Below, in pieces: positions 1 to 10,680 of a DNA stretch of 64,000 nt; the first letter of the stretch is position 1; the number at the start of each line of letters is the position of its first letter. This stretch comes from Paramoeba atlantica (Eukaryota; Protista; Discosea): contig CDRNVI010000059.1 of the NCBI GenBank assembly GCA_977017575.1, positions 415,113 to 479,112 on the forward strand, read 5' to 3'. The position numbers and the translations under genes are program-made. The notes beneath the pieces were generated by a model. The model saw only the letters and a list, made by a program, of their open reading frames with translations, had not been told where the DNA came from and searched no databases.

Positions 1-336
1 AGTAAGACACCTTTTTTTATTAGGACAACGTTTTTTATTAAGACAACAATTTTTATTAAGACAACGTTTTTTATTTAGACAACGTTATTTGTTAAGACAA
101 CGTTTTTTATTAAGACACCTTTTTTTATTCAGACAACGTTTTTTATTAAGACAACGTTTTTTATTAAGACAACGTTTTTTATTAAGACAACGTTGTTTGT
201 TAAGACAACGTTTTTGATTAAGAGAACGGTTTTTATTAAGACAATGTTTTTTATTAAGACAACGTTTTTTATTAAGACACCTTTTTTTATTAAGACAACG
301 TTTTTTATTAAGACAACGTTTTTTATTAAGACAACG
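1..336. repeat. 18-bp tandem repeat (GACAACGTTTTTTATTAA)n, probably continuing beyond the window start
   Basis: Directly visible periodic TTTTTTATTAAGACAACG with variants (GACACC, GTTTGTTAA); ends where the hairpin-ended element begins at 337. Confidence 0.95.
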
Positions 337-367
337 TTGCGGTAGTAAAACTACCGCTCTAGCCTCG

Positions 368-1274
368 ATTGCGGTGGTTGTAAAACTACCGCCCTACACT
401 CGATTATTGAAAAAAAAGTGAACAAAAACAGTGAAAATATAAAGAGGAACACAGTAATATAATAGAAGAAAAAAATATAAAAGGGGGCTCCGGTGGTCCA
501 AAACTGAAAAAATGGAAAATAATGTGGGGTCCAGGGGTGGGGGGGGGCAGGGGGGGTCATGGTCGGCCCAGGGGGGTCATGGTCGAGCAAATTTTTTCGA
601 AAAAATTAGTTTTCGAAAAAAAACCGCAGAAAGGGTAGCCGGGGTCTTGGCGCGCATTTTCCACCCCCCTACCCGGGCGTGACCCCCCCGCGTATCCGCA
701 GGACGGGTCCGCCAAGTTCGGATTTTTTCGGAAAAAAAAATTTGAAAAAAATTTCAACTTGGCGAAAAAAATGAAAAAAGAAATATTTTTCTAAAATCGT
801 TTCCCCTATTGCATTTTGATAGTTTGGGACGTACACTAGCTTTCGCCGCAGTTGTTTTCGCAAGGTATCACTTCTTCGAACCGTGGAGCGCCCCTTAAAA
901 TGACCCATTTTTGACTAAAAAAGGTGAAAAAGTATTTTTCGGACCTAAAGGGGCATTTTTGTGTCGAAAGAATGGTATGGTTGGAGTCGCATTCTCTACC
1001 CAATACGTTCGGTGGGCTTTCATTCATGCCTACGAGTGATTTCCCACGCGCAAATGTCGGATTTAGTGCTCTGACAGCAAAAATACGCGAAAATTACCCC
1101 ATTTTTACCAGAAATTCGGCTATTTTTGGCTATAATCTTTCCGTTTTCCAGGCTAAACTTTCTCTTTTAGGCTCTTCGTTAAACGCGGCGGTAGTTTTCA
1201 ACGCGAATCGCGCAGCATGAGTGACTTCTAAGTTGAAAACAACCACCGCGTTTAACGAAGAGCCTAAAAAAGAA
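368..1274. mobile_element. R1: non-autonomous hairpin-ended element, Helentron/Helitron2-like, copy 1
   Basis: Ends ATTGCGGTGG and GAGCCTAAAAAAGAA; small hairpin GCGGTGGTT-GTAA-AACTACCGC; 38-bp inverted repeat 1165-1202/1232-1269; near-identical copies elsewhere; no TSD seen. An extra copy of the terminal hairpin lies at 337-367 and an internal fragment at 1275-1400. Confidence 0.75.
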
Positions 1275-1404
1275 TATAAAGGGGAACATAGTAATACAAG
1301 TGTATAATAGAAGAAAAAAATATAAAAGGTGGCTCCGGTGGTCCAAAACTGAAAAAAAAAATTGAAAAAAATGGGGGGTCTATGGGGGGGGTCAAGGGAG
1401 GGCC

Positions 1405-1585
1405 ACTCGCACACTGATAATGCATAAAACTCGCACACTGATAATGCATAAAACTCGCACTGATAATGCACATTGGCACACTGATAATGCATATTAGCAC
1501 ACTGATAATCCATATAGGCACACTGATAATGCATAAAAACTCGTACACTGATAATGCATAAAACTCGCACACTGATAATGCATAT
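1405..1585 (+). repeat. Array of ~20-bp subrepeats with core CACTGATAATGCA (left array)
   Basis: About 9 copies visible; inverted counterpart at 4179-4322. Confidence 0.9.
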
Positions 1586-1691
1586 TTTGAACAAGCCCTT
1601 CGAAAAAAAATTGTGCCCTTCAAAAAAAAATTGAGCCCTTCAAAAAAATTGGAGAAAGGCCCTTGAAAAAAAATTCTAGAAAAAATGGCGG

Positions 1692-1967
1692 AAGCCAAGA
1701 CCTTGTTTACCCTTCTGCAAGATAACAACGTCTGACGTTAGTGGGAAGCTATTTGCGAAGCCCAACATTTCCACCATACCCAACCCGTAATAAGCCAAGA
1801 CCTTGTTTACCCGTCTGCAAGATAAAAACGTCTGACGTTAGTGGGAAGCTATTTGCGAAGCCCAACAATTCCACCATACCCCACCCTTAATAAAGCCAAG
1901 ACCTTGTTTATCCGTGTGCAAGACAAAAACGTCTGACGTTAGTGGGAAGTAATTTGCGAAGCCCAAC
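1692..1967. repeat. ~100-bp tandem repeat, about 2.7 copies
   Basis: AAGCCAAGACCTTGTTTA starts at 1692, 1792 and 1893 with near-identical continuation. Confidence 0.9.
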
Positions 1968-2170
1968 CGTCTGCAAGGTAAAATAGAAATGGAAAGCCCA
2001 TTCTAGGGATCGGAAATATGCAGTTGAAGGAAAGTTGGTAAAACTCAAAATTGGAAGAATTTATTATGTAGCCCATGCCGCTATCAAGAGAGTCACATCT
2101 TATGCAGAAGAGAAGAACCCGCCCAGCTTGGAGTTGAGTAGATGTCCAAACATGTTTAAAAATTGTATGG

Positions 2171-2228
2171 AAGAGTGAAATACGCACGTAAAGAGTGAAA
2201 TACGCACATGGAAGAGTGAAATACGCAC
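2171..2228. repeat. Three copies of AAGAGTGAAATACGCAC, 20-21 bp period
   Basis: Copies at 2171, 2191 and 2212. Confidence 0.9.
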
Positions 2229-2271
2229 ATAAAAAGCGCTAGAGAAAGGGACTGATGGGCCCTTCGGAGAT

Positions 2272-3273
2272 TCAAGAGGACTCCTGGGAACTGTCGACCA
2301 AAAATTGTGGGCGAGTTTTCCGAAGAATTTCTACGAACTCAGATGGCGATTGTTCTTGGAGCACTTCTTTTGGTCGAGCATTTATATCCCGCGAAACGGA
2401 GTCAAGATCCTTCTGCGAGATGTCACTAAACAAACGTCGTTTCGGGTAGAAATCTCGTACTACGCCGTTGAAATTTTCAACACCCCCCTTCTCCCAACTT
2501 GCATACGGTTTAAAAAAATACGAAGAGCAATTAAGCGACTGATTTACTTTCTCGTGTTTTGCAAACTCGGTTCCGTTATCATATGTTATGGAGTGAACCA
2601 AGAAACCTTGAAGAGCACTGGTTATGTTTTCAGCGACTAGTGCTGATTTCTTGCATGTGAGCTTCTTTAGTATCCCGAACCGACTCTTTCGCTCAACCAA
2701 GGTGAGGAAGAATCCGCTGTGCCTTGTGCCTTCTATAAGGTCACATTCCCAATCGCCGTATCGCTCCCGATTGTTAACAATATTCGGTCGCTCCTCAATG
2801 TCGGTGCGATTCGGAATACCGGTACGGTTGGTTCCCCGACGGCGAGGTTGACCACGTCTTCCTCCACGGCGCAGACAACTCTCCAAGTTCCCATGTTGAC
2901 CATCATCCCGCTTGATAAACCCGTATATTGACGTTCGGGATACTTTAATATCATCTTCTTTGCACAAGACTACTGTAATTTGCTGTGGGCTAAAGCGCCT
3001 GCGTAGGAGAGACACGACTTTGTCTTTAATCTCTCCTTTAATCATGCATGGGCGCGGCTGGCTTTTCAGCATGGACTGCTTCGCTGCTCGTTCAGCGCGC
3101 CTGGCACTGTACGTATCATTTCGAAGTCCGCGTGCGAGTTCCCGGCTCAGAGAGGATTGATTCATATTCAATTTCGCGGCAATTTGGACTTGGGTGAAAT
3201 TCTGTTGATTGTAAAGCACCTCAATCATGGTGCGGTCCTCTGAATCTATACGTTGACTTCGTGGTTCACTCAT
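2272..3273 (-). CDS. IS30-family DDE transposase, uninterrupted ORF (ATG at 3273; ORF track starts at TTG 3288)
   Basis: N-terminal HTH (QIAAKLNMNQSSLSREL); IS30 motifs GDWECDLIEG, TLVERKSR, SITYDNGTEFAKH, PYASWEKGGVENFNGVVRDFYPK and INARP; D-D-E triad apparently intact. Confidence 0.93.
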   Translation of the reverse strand: MSEPRSQRIDSEDRTMIEVLYNQQNFTQVQIAAKLNMNQSSLSRELARGLRNDTYSARRAERAAKQSMLKSQPRPCMIKGEIKDKVVSLLRRRFSPQQITVVLCKEDDIKVSRTSIYGFIKRDDGQHGNLESCLRRGGRRGQPRRRGTNRTGIPNRTDIEERPNIVNNRERYGDWECDLIEGTRHSGFFLTLVERKSRFGILKKLTCKKSALVAENITSALQGFLVHSITYDNGTEFAKHEKVNQSLNCSSYFFKPYASWEKGGVENFNGVVRDFYPKRRLFSDISQKDLDSVSRDINARPKEVLQEQSPSEFVEILRKTRPQFLVDSSQESS

Positions 3274-3293
3274 ACTAAAATGCAACAAAAATT

Positions 3294-4178
3294 ATTGCGG
3301 TGGTTGTAAACCTACCGCTCTACACTCGATTATTGAAAAAAAAGTGAACAAAAACAGTGAAAATATAAAGGGGAACACAGTAATATAATAGAAGAAAAAA
3401 ATATAAAAGGGGGCTCCGGTGGACCAAAACTGAAAAAAAAAATTGAAAAAAATGGGGGGTCCAGCGGGGGGGTCCAGGGGGGGGTCATGGTCGAGCAAAT
3501 TTTTTCGAAAAAATTAGTTTTCGAAAAACAACCGCAGAAGGGGTAGCCGGGGTCTTGGCGCGCATTTTCCACCCCCCTACCCGGGGGTGACCCCCCCGCG
3601 TATCCGCAGGACGGGTCCGCCAAGCTCGGATTTTTTCGGAAAAAAACGTTTGAAAACAAATTCAACTTGGCGAAAGAAATGACAAAAAAAATATTTTTCC
3701 AAAATCGTTTCCCCTATTGCATTTTGATAGTTTGGGACCTACACTGGCTTTCTCAGCAGTTGTTTTCGCAAGGTATCCCTTCTTCGAACCGTGGTGCGCC
3801 CCTCCAAATGACCCATTTTTGACTAAAAAAGGTGAAAAAGTATTTTTCGGACCTAAAGGGGCATTTTTGTGTCGAAAGAATGGTATGGTTGGAGTCGTAT
3901 TCTCTACCCAATACGTTCAGTAGGCTTTCATTCATGCCTACGAGTGATTTCCCACGCGCAAATGTCGGATTTAGTGCTCTGAGAGCAAAAATACGCGAAA
4001 ATGACCCTACTTGTACCAGAAATTCGGCTATTTTTGGCTATAATCTTTCCGTTTTCCAGGCCAAATTTCCTTTTTTAGGCTCTTCGTTGAACGCGGCGGT
4101 AGTTTTCAACGCGAAGCGCGCAGCATGAGTGACTTCTAAGTTGAAAACAGCCACCGCGTTGAACGAAGAGCCTAAAAA
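3294..4178. mobile_element. R1 copy 2, inserted just upstream of the IS30 start codon
   Basis: Same termini and terminal hairpins as 368-1274. Confidence 0.8.
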
Positions 4179-4322
4179 TGCATCATCAGTGTGCATTATG
4201 CATTATCAGTGTGCATTATGCATTATCAGCGTGCATTATGCATTATCAGCGTGCATTATGCATTATCAGTGTGCATTATGCATTATCAGTGTGCGAGTTT
4301 TATGCATTATAAGTGTGCCTAT
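4179..4322 (-). repeat. Array of ~20-bp subrepeats TGCATTATCAGTG, reverse complement of the 1405-1585 array
   Basis: About 7 copies; the reverse complement ATATAGGCACACT(T/G)ATAATGCATAAAACTCG matches 1512-1545. Confidence 0.9.
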
Positions 4323-4325
4323 ATC

Positions 4326-4440
4326 CTCTTAGAGAGAGGCCGCCAGGAATATTGCGATGAGTGGATTTGAACTCGCCGTCTGAGCACCATGTGCTTCAAA
4401 CTTTGAGTTCTTGCCACTCCCCCACCTCCGCTTCTTGCCA
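4326..4440 (-). mobile_element. SINE-A 5' fragment
   Basis: Reverse complement of the SINE-A head and core start. Confidence 0.75.
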
Positions 4441-4609
4441 CTCCGCTTCTTGCTAGCACTGTGCGTGAGGGTAACACGTACTCTTTTCGTTCCTTTCTTA
4501 TTTTCAAAGAAAGTACAACATTCGCAAATGCGTAATGTTTTGCCTCAGGCTTTGTTAGAGCCCTTTCAGCTGTCCCCAATTGCTATGATCACCAATTGCT
4601 ATCATGGCG

Positions 4610-4972
4610 GAAGTGGCGGAGTGGCAATAATTCAAAGTTTGAATCACATGGTGCTCAGACGGCGAGTTCAAACCCACTCATCGCAATATTCCCGGCGGCC
4701 TCACTCTAAGAGGCTGGGCTGATAACCGACTAAGCCCAGTACTCGGAGGACCGTCCCGGACCCTCCCCTCAGGGAACCAGCTCCCTTACCCGGCTTACAC
4801 CTCTTGGGTAAGCCGTGTTGACGTACAGTTCGTCGACGCAGCGTGTTGGCAACAGCACGTTGGTGCCGCCTTGGACAAGCGGAAACTGGTAGAGGACGTC
4901 GGCCCCGGAACTTCCAAATCTGTCTGTGAAGGGTCTGGCTTGCCAGTGACCATCCGGAGCAATCCGGAAATG
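4610..4972 (+). mobile_element. SINE-A: tRNA-derived SINE with a highly structured body
   Basis: A-box-like TGGCGGAGTGG, B-box-like GAGTTCAAACCC, serial hairpins (GGCTTAC/GTAAGCC, CGTGTTG-GCAA-CAGCACG, TCCGGA-GCAA-TCCGGA); further copies at 13090-13870 and 62228-62858. Confidence 0.8.
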
Positions 4973-5452
4973 ATGATCACCCTGGTGGGGAGGGGGGGGC
5001 AGGGGGTACCCATCGGAATTGTTGAAAAACTAGTTATTTTGTCATTCAATTTGATTCATACGTCTACCTTTTTTCCTTGCGCCTCCTCCTTCCTCTGCGG
5101 CCTTGCGTGTCACACACTTCCGGGTAAAGTTTGGCCTTTGTAGGTGTATTATCGGCACAGGGTGGAGAAATATCGAATGAAATCAAAGAGTATACAGGTA
5201 TAGAAGGCTCGAAACTCTCAAAAAAGTGGTCTAGGAGTTGATTTGGGAAAAATATATTTTTTCACTTTCACCCATAAATTTTTAGTTTCTTTTTGCAAAA
5301 TTTCAAAAATTGCTATGATCAGAACTAGTTATTTTGTCACTAAATTCGATTCATACATATTGGTGAAACGATATTTTGGTGAAACGATATCGGGCACGAA
5401 ATCGGGCCACAAATCGGGTACGACGAATTAACCTATGGTAGCGAGGGAGTAG
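4973..5452. repeat. R2 dispersed repeat, unclassified non-autonomous element
   Basis: Same sequence at 13870-14350; inverted and rearranged at 9915-10450; fragment at 21600-21676. Confidence 0.65.
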
Positions 5453-5454
5453 TG

Positions 5455-5612
5455 CAGATTGAAAGGGGCGAGGGAGATACGAAGCAACAGGCGTGGCAGA
5501 TTCCCACTGAAAAGAAATGGTATCTCCCCGCACGAAAAACGCCTTTTCGCTTTCTAGCTCGTAGACAAACTTCGTGCAGGGAGATACCATTTCTTTTCAG
5601 TGGGAATCTGCC
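5455..5612. mobile_element. MITE-2 left part, followed by a LINE 3' end (5613-5843)
   Basis: ~45-bp inverted repeat GTGGCAGATTCCCACTGAAAAGAAATGGTATCTCCC / GGGAGATACCATTTCTTTTCAGTGGGAATCTGCCAC; duplicate of 14353-14741. Confidence 0.7.
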
Positions 5613-5841
5613 ACACACAACAACAACAAAGACACTGATATTGAAATATCAGTTGACGGATTTGTAGTTCATACTAGTAACGAAGCATACAAAAATACAA
5701 TATCACCTAGAATTTGCGCGGTGAAGCACCTTCCACAGCCCTGTCATCCATGTATCCTAGTTACTTTCTTTGGAAATGCCTCTTTAGGGCGAATGTGTCT
5801 TCCAGCAACTCGCCTTCATATTCATTTGACCTTCTGACCTG

Positions 5842-6126
5842 TTAGAGGAAGTAAAGATAGCTGTCCTTTCTGTTAGTTACTCCAAATACGATGCGTCGCA
5901 TGCGATTTATTTGAGTTTCAATCTCCTGCAATTCCGATTGATTTAAATTCCAAGTTCCCGGATTGTAGTATACAACAGGCTGTACAAGCGTTTTGTATAT
6001 TTGAAACTTACACAAAGCGGAAAGAGAAGAAGACCAAATTGCTTTAAGTTTATGCATTACGCTCCAACCGAGCCGTACTCTCTCGTTTGGATTTGACCCG
6101 CCGTCCTCCAACCAACAACCAACCAA
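5842..6126 (-). pseudogene. LINE RT C-terminal (thumb) fragment
   Basis: ERVRLGWSVMHKLKAIWSS...YNPGTWNLNQ...INRMRRIV closely resembles the same region of the 6590-8791 ORF. Confidence 0.85.
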
Positions 6127-6589
6127 CCATCACTGGGATAATAAATTAATATGTCCCAGTTGAAAGCTTCACAAATTTCTCCTACCCATAAAACACTTTG
6201 GCGGTGTCCACAAAACTAACATATTCACCAGAAGCTTTTCAAAAACATCTTGCAACAACTTCCATGTATCCTAATCATTCGAGGTGGATGACGTTCCAGT
6301 ACTTAGTCAAAGAATTGTGATATGAAATCGACTTTTCATTTTCAGCACAAACGGTTTACCTAATAAAACATTTTCACGCGAAACAACAGCATATCACCTT
6401 ATCACACTATCCCTCACCTGTTCAGAAAATGCGATCAAGGGGGGTATGAGGGGGGTATCATTTCTTTGGTGTTCGTAATACGTTCTTAGTTCGCGATCTA
6501 TCGTCTTTCCCCTGACCCTTTTCTGTCTTTTTGACGCAGTTCTCTCTTTTACTGAGTGTCAATGTGTTGTTGGACTGTACGCGTTCTTG

Positions 6590-8949
6590 TTATCTTGTGC
6601 ATTTCGTTTCCGTTTCTATCTCTGTATGGTTGCCTTTGCTAACTGTCCTACTTTTTGGCAATATTTTTACGTGCTCACCATGGGTGCATATTTGGCTAGA
6701 GGTAAGTTTGCGCTGCATTTTGCTGCCATTAGAATCACCATTGGTATGGTTTTTGCGCTTGTCTTCTGCATGAGGAATCTCGCCGTAGAATCTCAAGGCC
6801 TTTTCTCCCTTGCTTATTTTACTTGCTTGTTTAGCCACCCAGTCTGCCATATAATTATGTGGATTTTCGTTATGCGCTTTAACTTTTACGCAGTAGAAGC
6901 GCTTTGTCCCTCTTAGCGAAATATATGTTTCTTGCAATTTTTGAAGTATAGCGCCTCCCTCAAACGATTTAAATCCTATGAATCTGAACCTATGGATAGC
7001 TCCATGAAAGAAATCCCAAACATACTCAGAGTCCGTGTGCAAAATGACATCTCCATCGTAGGACAATGCGATGAGAAGAGCCTCGTGCGCGGCAAAGGAT
7101 TCTATTTCCTGAATAGATTGAGAGAATTCATGATGAGGTTTTAACCCAAGAGATATAGAGGGCTCGCGGCGGCGTAGGCAGACTACCCCACAACCTGTGT
7201 GAGTTTCATCCTTTTTAACGATTCGTGCTCCATCTGTATAAATGTGTGTTTCATTTGGCCGGATTGGAAATGGTTGCCGCCCTTCTTCAATGTATTGCAG
7301 GGTTTCGTAGCACCCCTTGTTTACCCCCTTTACCAAAAGATTTTCCCATAGTTTTGAAGTTGTTTTAGTGTACGAGGGCCTGGGTTCAAGCTGATTTTGA
7401 AGATTTTCAAGTTTCTTGCACCATTGAGACCGATTTTGACCAAGTTTTAGAATCTCAGATACGTCAGAATGTAACTCTTTTGCACATCTTTCTGATAGCG
7501 AGGGCTTGGAACTCTCATCATTCGTTCTCCATAGTACGGCAGTTACGAATGGAGTAGGGTGACGAATAAGGTGGCCTACTAGCGAGGCACGTTGCAATTG
7601 TATCACAGTATTGGGCTTTAGGTCAGTGGGGTAAAGAGAGTCTACTCTGCAATGCGCCTCTTTCGAGCACTTGACTCCCAATACGACCCTCCTCATTCTG
7701 TTTATTTGGACTTCCACTTCATGTAGCTCTTTCTGATTTAAATTCCAAGTCCCTGGATTAAAGTAGACCACTGATTGAACGAGGGACTTAAAGATGTGTA
7801 ATTTGCTTTTTGGTGATATAGTAGAACTCCATATGGCTTTGAGTTTGTGCATTATTGCCCAACCTAATCGTACACGTTCTTGTGAGTTTGAGCTGCGATC
7901 CTCCTCGTTCTGAGTGCTACCCAAGTAGCGATAAGATGTAACTTTTGGTATATCGCCGAGTGTCGCTACTTGCAAAGGTCTTCCATCATCCTTAACTTTA
8001 CCTAGTGTCATCCATGCCGTTTTGTTTGGTCCGACATTTATTTTCAAATTAGCTTTTTCTGCGGAAGTTTTAAGTTTGTGCAACATTGTGCTTAGCTCCT
8101 CCTTGGATTCGGAGAAGAGAACTATATCATCAGCATAATTTATATCAGATACACGCAGTTCCTTTAGGCCTCTGCTCCTAGTTCCTGAGCTGTGTGTCAC
8201 AAGCCCTAAGCGATTTATGTCGATAGATTCAACCAAAATACGATCAAGCACCATAATAAACAGGTATGGGGCCAGAACGTCACCTTGAAGAGTCCCCTGT
8301 AAAAGTGGAAATGAGTCTGTATTACCGTATGGTGTTTTCACGTGCGATTTGAGATCTTGATAAATACACATGATCGTAGAACTGAGATTTTCGGGAATAT
8401 CGAAAGCACGTAATGTCTCTTTTATCGCAGCGAATGATAATGAAGGAAAGGCTTGTTGAAAGTCGACGAAACAGACGAACACCCCAGCCCCTCGGCGCGA
8501 TTTTTCCATTATTTCTAAAAACGTTGCCTGAGCGCCAGCTGTTGAGCGGTTAGGTCGAAATCCGAATTGATTCCCGCGAAGCGAACTTTCCACTGCTGGT
8601 TGTATTCTGTCTAAAATGATTCGATTCAAAATCTTCACTACATGATTCACAAGACAGATTGGTCTCCAATTTGTGAGTGAGCGCAAGTTACCTTTCTTTG
8701 GCAATGGGACCTGCAATATCGATTTCCAAGATTCATCCGCTTTTCCGGTTTTTTGTACTTCGTTCATTATATCCAGGAGAGCATTACGCAAGTCTTAATC
8801 AGCTGAAATAGCACGTAGAGATTCAACCGGGATATTATCATCGCCTGTAGCTTTTCCTGACTTAATCTTTACCATCGCAGCAGTTAGTTCCTCCACTCGA
8901 AATTCACCATCATCAATTTTTGCCAGTCGTTTTGGTGCAGTAGGTAAAC
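6590..8949 (-). pseudogene. LINE RT + RNase H, 5' part lost at the R1 insertion
   Basis: PKKGNL...NWRPICL, QFGFRPNRST, QGDVLAPYLF, YADD; RNase H IYTDG...HTDSEYV...KVKAH...ADWVA. Homologous frame continues to 8949 (GKATGDDNIPVE) past an in-frame stop near 8797. Confidence 0.92.
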
Positions 8950-8951
8950 TT

Positions 8952-9864
8952 ATTGCGGTGGTTGTAAAACTACCGCTCTACACTCGATTATTGAAAAAAA
9001 GTGAACAAAAACAGTGAAAATATAAAGAGGAACACAGTAATATAATAGAAGAAAAAAATATAAAAGGGGGCTCCGGTGGTCCAAAACTGAAAAAAAAATT
9101 TGAAAAAAATGGGGGGTCCAGGGGGGGGGTCCAGGGGGGGGGTCCAGGGGGGGGTCCAGGGGGGGGGGCATGGTCGATCAAATTTTTTCGAAAAAATTAG
9201 TTTTCGAAAAAAAACCGCAGAAAAGGGTAGCCGGGGTCTTGGCGCGCATTTTCCACCCCCCTACCCGGGGGGTGACCCCCCCGCGTATCCGCAGGACGGG
9301 TCCGCCAAGTTCGGATTTTTTCGGAAAAAAACGTTTGAAAAAAAAATTCAACTCGGCGAAAAAAATGACAAAAAAAATATTTTTCCAAAATCGTTTCCCC
9401 TATTGTATTTTGATAGTTTGAGACCTACACTGGCTTTCTCAGCAGTTGCTTTCGCAAGGTATCCCTTCTTCGAACCGTGGTGAGCACCTCAAAATGACCC
9501 ATTTTTGACTAAAAAAGGTGAAAAAGTATTTTTCGGACCTAAAGGGGCATTTTTGTATCGAAAGAATGGTATGGTTGGAGTAGCATTCTCTACCCAATAC
9601 GTTCGGCAGGCTTCCATTCATGCCTTAGAGTGATTTCCCACGCGCAAATGTCGGATTTAATGCTCTGACAGCAAAAATACGCGAAAATCACCCCAATTTT
9701 ACCCGAAATTCGGCTATTTTTGGCTATAATCTTTCCGTTTTCCAGGCTAAATTTCCTTTTTTAGGCTCTTCGTTTAAACGCGGCGGTAGTTTTCAACGCG
9801 AAGCGCGCAGCATGAGTGACTTCTAAGTTGAAAACAACCACCGCGTTTTAACAAAGAGCCTAAA
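8952..9864. mobile_element. R1 copy 3, with an expanded GGGGGGTCCA tract
   Basis: Same termini and hairpins; G-tract repeats at 9111-9170. Confidence 0.8.
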
Positions 9865-10475
9865 TATACAAGGACATATTTTTATTGTTATATTTTTTCT
9901 GTTTTATTGAGGGAGATACTACTCCCTCGCTACCGTAGGTTAATTCGCCGTGCCCGATTTCGTGCCCGATTTGTGGCCCGATTTCGTGCCCGGTGTCGTG
10001 CCCGATATGAGTTTTCGAAAAAAATGTTTACAAAGACGTATGTATCGAATTTAGACAAGATTACTAGTTTTTCAACAATTCCGATGGGTACCCCCTGCCC
10101 GCCCCACCTCCCCACCAGGGTGATAATAGCAATTTTTGAAATTTTGCAAAAAAAATTAAAAAATTTATGGGGTGAAAGTGAAAAAATATATTTTTCTCAA
10201 ATCAACTCCTAGACCGTTTTTTGAGAGTCTGTGGCCTGATATACGTGTATACGCTTTGGTTTCATTCGATATTTCTCCACCCTGTTCCGGTAATACACCT
10301 ACAAAGGCCAAACTTTACCTGGAAGTGTGTGACACGCAAGGCCGATGAGGAAGGAGGAGGCGCAAGGCAAAAAGGCAGAAGGCGGAGCCTTTTGTCTTTT
10401 TGCCGCGGCGACGACGACTTCCTCGCGTGGGAAGCAGTAAAGCGCCATAGGTAGCATGTTCGGATGGCTATGTAA

Positions 10476-10680
10476 TCCAGGCTAAAGTGGACGAGGGAGA
10501 TACTAAAAGCACTTTTGGAAAACCACCTCGAAACTGGAACCGTATCTCCCGGTTTGTAGAGCATTCTGATGTGGCGAAAAGGTCTTTAACGGGTGATACC
10601 GTTCCAGTTTCGAGGTGGTTTTCCAAAGTTCCAGTTTCCTAAAGTGCCTGTAGTATCTCCCTCGTCCACTTTAACCTGGA
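10476..10680. mobile_element. MITE-1, ~205 bp with long TIRs
   Basis: TCCAGGCTAAAGTGGACGAGGGAGATACTA / TAGTATCTCCCTCGTCCACTTTAACCTGGA, plus inner IR TTGGAAAACCACCTCGAAACTGGAAC; TA-rich flanks. Confidence 0.85.

Noticed and set aside
351-1220. Short ORFs recurring in R1 copies (e.g. MKKYFSDLKGHF...)
   Set aside because: They recur only because the DNA is repeated; starts and stops vary between copies and no domain is recognisable.
1692-1967. CRISPR-like array (also considered for 1-336 and the big satellite)
   Set aside because: The units are contiguous tandem copies without unique spacers, and no cas genes are present.
4610-4972. HDV-like or hammerhead ribozyme in the structured SINE bodies
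   Set aside because: I could not build the nested double pseudoknot or find a CUGAUGA/GAAA core by eye. An Infernal or RNArobo search would settle it.
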